46,731 bases of DNA from Altibacter sp. (GTDB lineage Bacteria; Bacteroidota; Bacteroidia; Flavobacteriales; Flavobacteriaceae): assembly GCA_028285705.1 (NCBI GenBank), contig JANQOS010000079.1, positions 1 through 46,731 of the forward strand, read 5' to 3'. The notes under the pieces were generated by a model that saw only the letters and a program-made list of their open reading frames with translations, ran no database searches and was not told the DNA's origin. This document shows, piece after piece, positions 9,195-18,271 of the stretch. Positions within the stretch are counted from its first letter, which is position 1. Each line of letters starts with the position of its first letter. The position numbers were made by a program, and so were the translations under genes.

Positions 9195-9959
9195 ATGAAG
9201 ATAATTTCATACAATGTGAATGGTATACGGGCAGCAATGAGAAAAGGCTTTATTGAATGGCTTCAAACTGCAGATCCGGATGTTGTTTGCATCCAGGAAA
9301 CCAAAGCAAATATCGATCAGGTTGAAGTTGCCGAAATTGAGAATGCGGGATATCCATATCACTATTGGTACAGTGCGCAGAAGAAAGGGTATAGTGGCGT
9401 GGCAATTTTTTCGAAAACAGCTCCAAAACATGTGGAATATGGTACCGGGATTGATTATATGGATTTTGAAGGTCGCAATATTCGCCTGGATTTTGAAAAA
9501 GTATCGATAATGAGCTTGTACCTACCCAGTGGAAGCAATGAAGCCCGTATAGCAAATAAGCTGAAATATATGGATGACTTTCAAAAATACATAGATCAAC
9601 TTAAAAAGGAAATTCCTAATCTGGTAATCTGTGGAGATTATAATATTTGCCATGAAGCGATCGATATCCACGATCCGGTACGAAATAAGAATGTTTCGGG
9701 TTTCCTCCCGGTAGAACGTGAGTGGATCGGTAATTTTATTGCAAGCGGATTTATAGATTCTTTCCGCTATTTCAACAAAGAACCACACAATTATACGTGG
9801 TGGAGCTATCGCGCAAATTCCCGTGCAAATAACAAAGGGTGGCGTATTGACTATAACATGGTCGCACAACCACTGCAAGAAAATTTAAAACGAGCCGTTA
9901 TATTACCCGAAGCGTATCACAGTGATCATTGCCCTCATTTGGTAGAATTGAAATTTTAA
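9195..9959 (+). CDS. xth: Exodeoxyribonuclease III (AP endonuclease)
   Basis: MKIISYNVNGIRAA...CIQETK...WSYR...WRIDY...SDHCP are hallmark EEP/ExoIII motifs, and the 254-aa length fits. Confidence 0.9.
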   Translation: MKIISYNVNGIRAAMRKGFIEWLQTADPDVVCIQETKANIDQVEVAEIENAGYPYHYWYSAQKKGYSGVAIFSKTAPKHVEYGTGIDYMDFEGRNIRLDFEKVSIMSLYLPSGSNEARIANKLKYMDDFQKYIDQLKKEIPNLVICGDYNICHEAIDIHDPVRNKNVSGFLPVEREWIGNFIASGFIDSFRYFNKEPHNYTWWSYRANSRANNKGWRIDYNMVAQPLQENLKRAVILPEAYHSDHCPHLVELKF

Positions 9960-9963
9960 AACG

Positions 9964-10341
9964 ATGGGTTTTCCAAAAGATATTTTTGCTCATATGGAAG
10001 CTCATAATTATGTTGAAATTAAAGGAGGAGTACAAAGAGATACTTTTCTGGAGATCTGGATGGTTTCAGTGAATGAACGAATTTTTGCCAGAAGCTGGAA
10101 TAAAAGTAAGAGAAGTTGGTTTACGGCATTTCTTGACACCGGAATAGGACAATTAAAATACGGAGACAAAATAATTTCAGTAAAAGGAGAAAAACTAAAC
10201 AAGAATTCAGAAATGCACCCATTGATAAATGAAGCCTATCGTGCCAGATACAATGAACCGGAGAATATTTATTATTCTGAAGGGATAAGTAAACCCGAAT
10301 ACGCTGATTATACAATGGAATTTTTTTATTCTGAAAATTAA
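9964..10341 (+). CDS. DUF2255-like small protein
   Basis: 125-aa ORF 4 nt after xth. The pattern YVEIKGG...FLEIWMV.VNERIFARSWN...SWF resembles the DUF2255 family. The assignment is from memory only. Confidence 0.55.
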   Translation: MGFPKDIFAHMEAHNYVEIKGGVQRDTFLEIWMVSVNERIFARSWNKSKRSWFTAFLDTGIGQLKYGDKIISVKGEKLNKNSEMHPLINEAYRARYNEPENIYYSEGISKPEYADYTMEFFYSEN

Positions 10342-10366
10342 AAAACAACCCCACAATCCCATAGAA

Positions 10367-11329
10367 ATGAACAAAATTGTAAAACAAGCTTTCTTTATAA
10401 CGGTCATTGCTGCGATGACTACTTCCTGTGTATCCTCAAAGATTTACGATGACCTGAAAAACAAATACGACCTGTTGAAATCCGAAAATGAATCTTTGAT
10501 GTCTCAACTTGATGATACGGAAGGAAATGGAGAAAAATATACGGTTGCAAATCTTCGAAAGGAAATAGAAACGCTAAAGGCAGACAAAAGCCGCCTTGCA
10601 ATGGAGTTGGCAGCTTCCGAAAACAAATACAAAAGATTAAAGAGTTCCTATGATGCCTTAGAAGCAAACAGCTCTTCCGCACTTACCGAAAATTTAGAAC
10701 GTAACCGAGACCTGTTAACACAACTCGAGGCAAAAGAAAAAGCATTGGCACTGGAAAGCGAGCGTCTTGAAAAGTTAAAGAGGGATCTGGCAGCACGGTC
10801 AAAACGGGTAGAAGAGCTGGAAGGTATAATTGCCTCTAAAGATGCTAAAATGAAAGCTTTAAAAGATGCTATTTCTGCTGCACTTACAAATTTTGAAGGC
10901 AATGGCCTGACTGTAGAACAACGTGACGGAAAAGTATACGTTTCCATGGAAAATAAACTATTATTTGAAAGTGGAAGCTGGGCAGTGAACGCCCGGGGTA
11001 GGGAAGCCGTGGTAGCCTTAGGAAAAGTATTGGCTCAAAATAAAGAGATCGCCGTACTTATAGAAGGCCATACAGACAATGTACCCTATAGCGGAAGTGG
11101 AAACATTAAAGATAACTGGGACCTTTCTACAAAAAGAGCTACAGCTATAGTCTCTATTTTAACCGAAAACTCCGGTATCCCTAAAGATAATCTAACGGCT
11201 GCCGGACGAGGAGAATATGCGCCTATTGCTTCCAATGCCTCTTCCGAAGGAAAAGCGAAGAACAGGAGAATAGAAGTGATACTTACACCAAAACTGGATG
11301 AGATCTCCAAATTATTAAACGAATTATAA
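10367..11329 (+). CDS. OmpA/MotB-family lipoprotein with long coiled-coil N-terminal half
   Basis: Lipoprotein signal (VIAAMTTSCVSS), a heptad-rich region (aa ~30-170), and a C-terminal OmpA-like peptidoglycan-binding domain (GHTDNVP...NWDLSTKRA...GKAKNRRIEVILTPK). Confidence 0.85.
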   Translation: MNKIVKQAFFITVIAAMTTSCVSSKIYDDLKNKYDLLKSENESLMSQLDDTEGNGEKYTVANLRKEIETLKADKSRLAMELAASENKYKRLKSSYDALEANSSSALTENLERNRDLLTQLEAKEKALALESERLEKLKRDLAARSKRVEELEGIIASKDAKMKALKDAISAALTNFEGNGLTVEQRDGKVYVSMENKLLFESGSWAVNARGREAVVALGKVLAQNKEIAVLIEGHTDNVPYSGSGNIKDNWDLSTKRATAIVSILTENSGIPKDNLTAAGRGEYAPIASNASSEGKAKNRRIEVILTPKLDEISKLLNEL

Positions 11330-11372
11330 TCAATACGAAAACATCTTTTTTATAACTTGCCAGAGTACTTTT

Positions 11373-12413
11373 ATGGAATATATCAACCTCCCGAATACAC
11401 AGCTTGAAGTAAGTAAAATATGCCTTGGCACAATGACTTTTGGTCGTCAAAACACAGAAAATGATGCACATGAGCAATTAGATTTTGCAATTGACAAAGG
11501 AATTAATTTTATAGATACCGCAGAGATGTATGCTGTTCCATTTACAATGGAAACACAGGGGTTGACGGAAAAATTTATAGGAACCTGGCTGGCAAAAAAA
11601 AACAATCGAAGTGAGATTACCTTAGCTACAAAAATAACAGGACCAGGGAGAGGTATTTTTAAAGATCTTCGTAAACACTTAGATTTTAGTGCTAATTCTT
11701 TAGAAGATGCGTTACATAAAAGCCTAAAAAGACTACAAACAGATTATATAGATTTATATCAATTACATTGGCCAGAACGTGCTGTAAATATCTTTGGAGT
11801 TCGTGATTATAAATATGCGGCTAACCAACAATGGGAAGATAATATAGGAGATATACTTGATAGACTAGAAACCTTTGTAAAGCAAGGTAAAATAAGACAT
11901 ATTGGATTGTCCAACGAAACGCCTTTTGGAATAATGCGATATATGGAAGAACATCGCAAAGGAAAATTAAAAATGGTATCAGTTCAAAACTCTTACAACT
12001 TATTACAAAGGCGAGACGAAGTTGGTTTAACAGAAGTTTTGTTCCGGGAAAATGTAGGGTATTTAGCATATTCTCCTTTGGCTTTTGGAATGCTCTCCGG
12101 AAAATATTTGAATGGTGCAACTCCCGCTACGGCAAGGGTTACTTTGTTTCCCAATTATTCAAGATATCATGGGGAGGGCTCTTTTGAAGCAACACAACAA
12201 TATCATAAAATAGCCAAAAAATACGGTCTGAGCCTGGCCCAAATGAGTCTAGCTTTTGTACGGCAACAGCCTTTCATAACATCCACGATCATTGGGGCGA
12301 CCTCATTAGCACAGCTGTCAGAGAATATTGACAGTGTGAATGTAAACCTTTCACCAGAAAATTTAAGAGAGATTGAACAGGTACACAATAGAATGCCAAA
12401 TCCGGCACCTTAA
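11373..12413 (+). CDS. NADP(H)-dependent aldo/keto reductase (Tas-like)
   Basis: 346 aa with LGTMTFG...INFIDTAEMY...DLYQLHWP...IGLSNET, the AKR signature. The length matches Tas-type AKRs. Confidence 0.85.
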   Translation: MEYINLPNTQLEVSKICLGTMTFGRQNTENDAHEQLDFAIDKGINFIDTAEMYAVPFTMETQGLTEKFIGTWLAKKNNRSEITLATKITGPGRGIFKDLRKHLDFSANSLEDALHKSLKRLQTDYIDLYQLHWPERAVNIFGVRDYKYAANQQWEDNIGDILDRLETFVKQGKIRHIGLSNETPFGIMRYMEEHRKGKLKMVSVQNSYNLLQRRDEVGLTEVLFRENVGYLAYSPLAFGMLSGKYLNGATPATARVTLFPNYSRYHGEGSFEATQQYHKIAKKYGLSLAQMSLAFVRQQPFITSTIIGATSLAQLSENIDSVNVNLSPENLREIEQVHNRMPNPAP

Positions 12414-13771
12414 CCAAAAAGGTGATGCACTACATCATGTACTTTCGCAACTTTAATAATTGTAATTGTATAGTTGCTTCTTTCTATTTTGCAGTATTTC
12501 GAGATAATAATACTGGTATATCCCAGTTTTTGAGCTTCTAAAATTCGTTGATCCACTCTTGTAACGGGACGAACTTCACCGGCCAATCCTATTTCTGCTG
12601 CAAAACATATGGATTTGTCAATGGCAATATCAATGTTTGACGATAACACAGCAGCTACAACTGCCAGGTCTATTGCCGGGTCATCCACGGTAATGCCGCC
12701 GGTGATATTTAAGAATACGTCTTTGGCTCCTAATTTAAATCCGGCACGCTTTTCCAATACAGCAAGGATCATATTCAATCGCTTTGCATTATAACCTGTT
12801 GCGCTGCGCTGAGGAGTGCCATATACAGCAGTACTTACCAGCGCCTGAATTTCGATCATTAAGGGCCGCATGCCTTCTAAGGTTGCAGAGATCGCTGTTC
12901 CGCTGAGGTCTTCTTCATTCTTTGAAATCAATATTTCTGAAGGATTGCTTACTTCTCGAAGACCACTGCTTTGCATTTCATAGATACCTAATTCGTGAGT
13001 GCTGCCAAAACGGTTTTTGTTGGCACGAAGGATCCTGTAGATATGATTGCGGTCTCCTTCAAACTGAAGCACGGTATCTACCATATGTTCCAGGATCTTG
13101 GGCCCGGCGATATTACCGTCCTTGGTAATGTGTCCAATTAAAATAACAGGCGTGGCTGTTTCCTTGGCAAATTTTATAAGCTCTGTCGTGGTTTCCCTTA
13201 TTTGCGAAATACTTCCGGCACTACTTTCTATATAATCTGTATGAAGGGTTTGGATAGAATCTATCACTACTATATCCGGTTGAATTTCTTCTATTTGGCG
13301 AAAGATATTTTGTGTCTTCGTTTCTGTTAAAATAAAACAAGTTGAGGAATCCGGCTGGATACGGTCCGCACGCATTTTAATTTGTTGTGCACTTTCTTCT
13401 CCCGAAACATATAAGGTCTTATAAGGTAATTGTAATGCAATTTGAAGCATTAATGTACTCTTTCCAATTCCGGGCTCACCTCCCAATAGAGTAAGTGATC
13501 CGGGAACAAGACCGCCTCCCAAAACTCTGTTGAGCTCTTTGTTTTTAGTGTCTAACCGTGTTTCGACTTGAGATGAAATTTCTGAAATCCTTTGTGGTTT
13601 GGAAACACGTTTAGTGCTGCTTTTATCAGATTTCCACGAAACTTTTTCAGGTTTTTGCAGTATTTCTTCGGCAATGGTATTCCATTCTTTACACGAGGTA
13701 CATTGCCCTTGCCACTTAGCAAATTGCGCTCCGCAATTTTGACAGAAAAAAGTGGTTTTTGTTTTGGCCAT
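12410..13771 (-). CDS. radA: DNA repair protein RadA/Sms
   Basis: N-terminal zinc ribbon CQNCGAQ...CTSC, Walker A GGEPGIGKST, the RadA-specific KNRFG motif and a Lon-like C-terminal domain. Its stop overlaps the convergent AKR stop (TTAA at 12410-12413). Confidence 0.95.
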   Translation of the reverse strand: MAKTKTTFFCQNCGAQFAKWQGQCTSCKEWNTIAEEILQKPEKVSWKSDKSSTKRVSKPQRISEISSQVETRLDTKNKELNRVLGGGLVPGSLTLLGGEPGIGKSTLMLQIALQLPYKTLYVSGEESAQQIKMRADRIQPDSSTCFILTETKTQNIFRQIEEIQPDIVVIDSIQTLHTDYIESSAGSISQIRETTTELIKFAKETATPVILIGHITKDGNIAGPKILEHMVDTVLQFEGDRNHIYRILRANKNRFGSTHELGIYEMQSSGLREVSNPSEILISKNEEDLSGTAISATLEGMRPLMIEIQALVSTAVYGTPQRSATGYNAKRLNMILAVLEKRAGFKLGAKDVFLNITGGITVDDPAIDLAVVAAVLSSNIDIAIDKSICFAAEIGLAGEVRPVTRVDQRILEAQKLGYTSIIISKYCKIERSNYTITIIKVAKVHDVVHHLFG

Positions 13772-13949
13772 AATTTGGTCTGCTAAAATATTAGTGTTAA
13801 TACGTATTTCATAAAAGATAATTTAAAAATATCTTAGCGCTATAGATAGCAAAATATTATTGAGGAGTAATTAAGGCTGACTATAAAAAACTAACTAACC
13901 AAAGAACCCTTCAAAGTTTATACTATGGAGGGTTTTGTTTAAGGCAAAA

Positions 13950-15104
13950 TTAGTACCCGAAATCATTTTTGATCTTATCGGCTTTGTCCAGCATTAGGTC
14001 AATAGTAATAAAATCTACTTCCTCTTTATCGAAAGCTCCCTGATAGGTGCGCATTGCTTTTTTAGGATCACCGGTCTCTTCGTAATAACGTGCCAGATAA
14101 AAATCTCCTAAAACCGTATCCGGGTATTGTTTCTTTGCCATTGTGGCAATATCGCGAAGTGACTCCCATTGTTTTCTCTTTTCCGAAGCTTTACACACAG
14201 CAATGAAATCATTCACACGAATTGTATTGGTAAGCCCAAAAAGATCCTCTATGGTCTTATATTTATCCACCAAATATTGATGAATGGGTGTTTCCATTTT
14301 TAGAAGTACATCTGTATATTCCTGTTTGCTAATTGGGCGATAGACAGAAAAGATCTTTTCCATTGCCGACGGGATCGCTCTAGCCACCAACGAATAATGT
14401 GTAGCGCCTTCAAAATTATCATAGTAGTAATTAAAATTATCACTTTTAAGATGTTTTAAAAGCATGTTTGTACGTTCCGCATTTTCCATAAGGTCTTTTA
14501 TGTCATCTGTGCCGGTAGCCAAGTAATAAAAGATTTTGGACCTTATCTCAGGGATACGCGCCGGAAGGCGGTCATCCATCATTGGTGCAGGGTCCGGGCT
14601 TAAAGCTATATAGCCATTAAATAGCGGTGGATCTTTGAACAGGTAATAATTAATGAAGTTTGCGGTAAAATCATGCCCTACAGCAATTATGAACTTGGCT
14701 GTCCTGAAGTTCTCATCGATATAAGGGATCAATTCCAAGCCAATAAACTCAAAGAAATCCGCACCCTTATCTGCCGGTAAAAAATTAGTGTCATCATAGT
14801 CACAATCTTCATAACGGCCGTCTCCTTGCATAATACCCACAACTATGGATTCCGGCATATCTTCCCAATATCCGAAATAATCAACATTTCCGGCAACGGG
14901 CTCAAAAAGGTAGTTTGCATCAAGTACTACTACAATGGGATATACTTTTTCTGTATTTGTTTCATAATCCCGGGGAAGTTGAATTTTTAACTTTCGTGTC
15001 TCATCCAATTTATACGAATCGAATTCTTCATAAATAATCTTAGATTGGGACAACAATGAAAAACTACTTAGAAAGCAAATAGAAAGCAAAATTAATTTCT
15101 TCAT
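13950..15104 (-). CDS. Secreted alpha/beta-hydrolase (putative esterase family) with C-terminal helical/TPR-like region
   Basis: I place the start at the internal ATG 15104, giving signal peptide MKKLILLSICFLSSFSLLSQ. The 54 codons upstream in the ORF track overlap the preceding gene and look non-coding. The esterase-like core is PIVVVLDANYLFEP...IAVGHDF. Confidence 0.7.
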   Translation of the reverse strand: MKKLILLSICFLSSFSLLSQSKIIYEEFDSYKLDETRKLKIQLPRDYETNTEKVYPIVVVLDANYLFEPVAGNVDYFGYWEDMPESIVVGIMQGDGRYEDCDYDDTNFLPADKGADFFEFIGLELIPYIDENFRTAKFIIAVGHDFTANFINYYLFKDPPLFNGYIALSPDPAPMMDDRLPARIPEIRSKIFYYLATGTDDIKDLMENAERTNMLLKHLKSDNFNYYYDNFEGATHYSLVARAIPSAMEKIFSVYRPISKQEYTDVLLKMETPIHQYLVDKYKTIEDLFGLTNTIRVNDFIAVCKASEKRKQWESLRDIATMAKKQYPDTVLGDFYLARYYEETGDPKKAMRTYQGAFDKEEVDFITIDLMLDKADKIKNDFGY

Positions 15105-15168
15105 AAAAGATATTTTTTGAATTTGGAAAGATAGTAAATTTTGAAATTGGGATGCTTTCCTAATGAAA

Positions 15169-16134
15169 CTACTTTTTAAGCTTATTGTAAACCGGCAGCA
15201 TAAAAAAGGAAAGTCCCCCAAAAAAGATAATAGATGCAATATTTGAGGTCCACACGATCCATCCAAAGGCAGTTCCTAAAGTTTCAGCAATACCAAAAAC
15301 GGCCAATATTCCTGCCACAAAAAAAGGATAAGAGCCAAAACCACTATTTGTAAATGCGAAAGAAAAGCTACCCACTACAAATGTAATAATAAGTGTGGCT
15401 ATAGATATGGTAGACGTTTCTTCTAAAGCGAATGTGGCAGTATAAAATGAGAGCAGGTACAACCCCCAAATTATAAACGTATGTATAATAAAAGCTCTTT
15501 TTTTCTTCATTTTGAGTACACTGAAAACTCCATCCTTCAATCCGTTGAAAAACTGTTTTAGCTTTTGTTTCAACTTCGATTTTGAAAACTTCAGAAATAG
15601 AAAGAATACAAACATAAGTGCAGCAAGTCCTCCTAAAGCGTAAACTATTTTTGAAGCGGGAATATTTTCAGACAAATAGGCAAAAAGAACATCAAACTGA
15701 AGCAATAGTGCGATAAGAGTAAATCCAAACAAGAATATCACATCTATAACCCTTTCGGAAATGATGGTGCCAAATGCATTGTCGAAAGGCACATTTTCGT
15801 ATTTATTAATAACTACAGCCCTGGACACCTCACCACTTTTAGGGATGAATATATTCATAAGATATGCGATATAAACTGCCATGAAATTATTGAGTAATTT
15901 AGGCCGGTATCCTAAAGGTTCAAGCATGAAGTTCCAACGGTATGCGCGAGATATATGACTGAGGACACTAAAAGATACTGCCAAGATTACAAAACCGTAA
16001 TTGGCATTTTCAAAATGGACCTTGATCTCGGTAAGTTGTTCCGGAGAAAACCTTGAATAAGAATACCAAATTAAAAAGATCCCAAGACCAAGAGGGACAG
16101 CAATCTTTAAGAATTTGGTTAAAGAGGTGTTCAA
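15169..16134 (-). CDS. Polytopic membrane protein, UPF0104 / lysylphosphatidylglycerol-synthase TM-region (flippase-like) family
   Basis: 321 aa with ~8 predicted TM helices and the ISRAYRW motif common in this family. The TTG start at 16134 lies 1 nt after the panD stop, which suggests translational coupling. Confidence 0.65.
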   Translation of the reverse strand: MNTSLTKFLKIAVPLGLGIFLIWYSYSRFSPEQLTEIKVHFENANYGFVILAVSFSVLSHISRAYRWNFMLEPLGYRPKLLNNFMAVYIAYLMNIFIPKSGEVSRAVVINKYENVPFDNAFGTIISERVIDVIFLFGFTLIALLLQFDVLFAYLSENIPASKIVYALGGLAALMFVFFLFLKFSKSKLKQKLKQFFNGLKDGVFSVLKMKKKRAFIIHTFIIWGLYLLSFYTATFALEETSTISIATLIITFVVGSFSFAFTNSGFGSYPFFVAGILAVFGIAETLGTAFGWIVWTSNIASIIFFGGLSFFMLPVYNKLKK

Positions 16135-16135
16135 A

Positions 16136-16486
16136 TTACACTAATAAATTATTTTCTTCATTTGGAAAAACCAATGCCGGTTTGAAGTTTTTAGCTACAG
16201 AAGCCTCCATAAGGGCATAAGTGATTAAAATAAGGATGTCTCCCGGTGCCACTTTACGTGCTGCAGCACCATTTAAGGTGATTTCGCCGCTTCCACGCGG
16301 CCCTGGGATCGCATAGGTTTCTAAACGCTCTCCGTTATTATTATTGACAATCTGTATTTTTTCACCTTCTATTATGTTAGCAGCGTCCATAAGGTCTTCG
16401 TCAATGGTAATACTACCAATATAGTTAAGATCTGCGCCTGTAACTTTTACTCTGTGAATTTTAGATTTTACTACATGTATTTGCAT
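16136..16486 (-). CDS. panD: Aspartate 1-decarboxylase
   Basis: [24 protein letters not shown] includes the Gly-Ser self-cleavage site and aligns with E. coli PanD. 116 aa. Confidence 0.95.
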   Translation of the reverse strand: MQIHVVKSKIHRVKVTGADLNYIGSITIDEDLMDAANIIEGEKIQIVNNNNGERLETYAIPGPRGSGEITLNGAAARKVAPGDILILITYALMEASVAKNFKPALVFPNEENNLLV

Positions 16487-16498
16487 TGTGCAAAGATA

Positions 16499-17344
16499 TT
16501 AATTTAAAGGCATATTATCTATTAAACGAACAGGCCCTGCAAAAGCTGCTATAAATCCTCTATAGGTATTTTTTTTATGTTTCCGCTTGGCAGTCTTGAG
16601 GTTCTTTTCGTTGACTATTTCAAAATATTCCAATTCTATACTATCGTTACTCAAAAACCGTTCCTTAACCAGTTCATTTAGTTGTGAAATAGTATGTGTT
16701 TTAAACTTTTTCCGCACCTCTTCAAGTGTTTTCGAAATCATAGCGGCTTTTTCAAATTGTTCTTTTGAAAGGCGTTTGTTTCGGGAACTCATTGCAAGTC
16801 CGTTCTTTTCCCTAATAATGGGGCATCCAACAATTTCAACCTGAAATTTTTCAAGCTGTACCAGCTTTTTTATTATCTGTAATTGCTGAAAATCCTTTTC
16901 TCCAAAGTAGGCGAAGTTAGGTTGTACTATTTTAAAAAGAAAACTGACAATTGTTCCAACACCGTCAAAATGTCCTTTCCGGTGTTTGCCTTCCATTTCA
17001 AATTCGATACCGCCATAGTCAAATTGTTTTGAAACTACCTTTTTGGGGTATATATCAGAAATTTCCGGAGTAAAGACCAGAATAGTTCCTTTTAAAGAGC
17101 TTAATAAACCAATATCTTCTTTTAAAGTACGGGGATATTTCTCCAGGTCGCCGGCATTATCAAATTGGGTAGGATTTACAAAAATACTTACAACAACCCA
17201 GTCATTTTCCTGCAAAGCTCTTTGTACCAGTGATAAGTGACCCTTGTGAAGTGCTCCCATTGTGGGAACAAAGCCAATTTTTTTGTTATCTCTGTAAGTA
17301 GAAAGGGCAAGTGAAAGAGAATCACTATTTGTATAGATATTCAT
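16499..17344 (-). CDS. panC: Pantoate--beta-alanine ligase
   Basis: GFVPTMGALHKGHLSL (HxGH nucleotidyltransferase motif), FGEKDFQQ and MSSRN. 281 aa. Confidence 0.95.
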   Translation of the reverse strand: MNIYTNSDSLSLALSTYRDNKKIGFVPTMGALHKGHLSLVQRALQENDWVVVSIFVNPTQFDNAGDLEKYPRTLKEDIGLLSSLKGTILVFTPEISDIYPKKVVSKQFDYGGIEFEMEGKHRKGHFDGVGTIVSFLFKIVQPNFAYFGEKDFQQLQIIKKLVQLEKFQVEIVGCPIIREKNGLAMSSRNKRLSKEQFEKAAMISKTLEEVRKKFKTHTISQLNELVKERFLSNDSIELEYFEIVNEKNLKTAKRKHKKNTYRGFIAAFAGPVRLIDNMPLN

Positions 17345-17364
17345 AAATATGAAATAAGCGCGAG

Positions 17365-17372
17365 CAAAATTA
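17365..17372 (-). promoter_or_regulatory. Bacteroidota sigma-A -7 box (TAATTTTG) for panC operon
   Basis: The reverse complement of CAAAATTA is TAATTTTG, matching the TAnnTTTG consensus, 20 nt upstream of the panC ATG. Confidence 0.45.
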
Positions 17373-17403
17373 ATATATTAAGGCCAATCTTCATAAATTT
17401 TCG

Positions 17404-17411
17404 TAATTTTG
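17404..17411 (+). promoter_or_regulatory. Bacteroidota sigma-A -7 box (TAATTTTG) for the glgA-like gene
   Basis: Matches TAnnTTTG ~40 nt upstream of ATG 17451, divergent from the panC box. Confidence 0.45.
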
Positions 17412-17450
17412 CGTGTTTTTAACAACAAAGCCAGTATAAAGTAAATTTTT

Positions 17451-18260
17451 ATGAAAGATAAGAGAATCTTGTATGTGTCTTCTGAAGTAATTCCATACCT
17501 CCCGGAGACCGAGATTTCTTCAATGTCGTTTGAAGCTCCCAGAATGGTTAATAATAATGAAGGTCAAATTAGAATCTTCATGCCTCGTTATGGCAATATT
17601 AACGAACGTAGACACCAATTACATGAAGTTATTAGATTGTCAGGAATGAATTTGGTAATTAATGATATGGACATGCCTTTGATCATAAAGGTGGCGTCCA
17701 TTCCCAAAGAGCGTATGCAGGTCTACTTCATAGATAATGAAGACTACTTTAAACGTAAAGCTACCTATGCAGATGAGGATGGAAACTTTTTTGAAGACAA
17801 TGACGAAAGAGCCATCTTTTTTGCAAAAGGAGTAATTGAAACCGTAAAAAAATTAAACTGGTCGCCTGACATTATACACGTTCATGGCTGGCTGGCTTCT
17901 TTTTTGCCATTATACCTTAGAAATTACTATGATAACGAACCTTTGTTTGAAAATAGTAAAATAGTCCTATCTGTATACAATCAAGGCTTTGATGCTACGT
18001 TAGATAAAAAGCTTATTGAAAAAATTAAGTTCGATGGAATTGAAGAGGAGCAAATTATTGAATTAAAGGATCCGGACTATGTCAATATGATGAAGGTAGC
18101 CGTTAAAAATTCGGATGCGGTCATTGTTGGATCCGAAGAAATTCCCGAAGAACTGGATTCATTTCTTAATAATCTCGAAAAGCCAGTGTTAAAATATCAT
18201 AATATGGATGATTTTTCTCAGGCGTATTTAGACTTTTACCAATCAAAAGTATTGGTTTAA
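17451..18260 (+). CDS. Half-size glycogen/starch-synthase-like protein (GT5 N-terminal domain only)
   Basis: 269 aa. RILYVSSEVIPYLP...IIHVHGWLASFLPLYL resembles the GlgA N-terminal Rossmann half. The KTGGL motif is replaced by PETEISS and the C-terminal half is missing. Confidence 0.7.
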   Translation: MKDKRILYVSSEVIPYLPETEISSMSFEAPRMVNNNEGQIRIFMPRYGNINERRHQLHEVIRLSGMNLVINDMDMPLIIKVASIPKERMQVYFIDNEDYFKRKATYADEDGNFFEDNDERAIFFAKGVIETVKKLNWSPDIIHVHGWLASFLPLYLRNYYDNEPLFENSKIVLSVYNQGFDATLDKKLIEKIKFDGIEEEQIIELKDPDYVNMMKVAVKNSDAVIVGSEEIPEELDSFLNNLEKPVLKYHNMDDFSQAYLDFYQSKVLV

Positions 18261-18271
18261 TACACACATTA

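Noticed and set aside
12405-12423. Hairpin CACCTT-AACCAAA-AAGGTG spanning the overlapping stops of the AKR and radA genes
   Set aside because: It has only a 6-bp stem and no T-run on either strand, so I cannot call it a terminator. The same TTAA stop-overlap geometry recurs at 38208-38211.
15105-15266. 54-codon N-terminal extension of the esterase ORF (MDGSCGPQILHLL...)
   Set aside because: It overlaps the 3' end of the upstream membrane protein gene and has no signal-peptide character. The internal ATG at 15104 gives a classic signal peptide.
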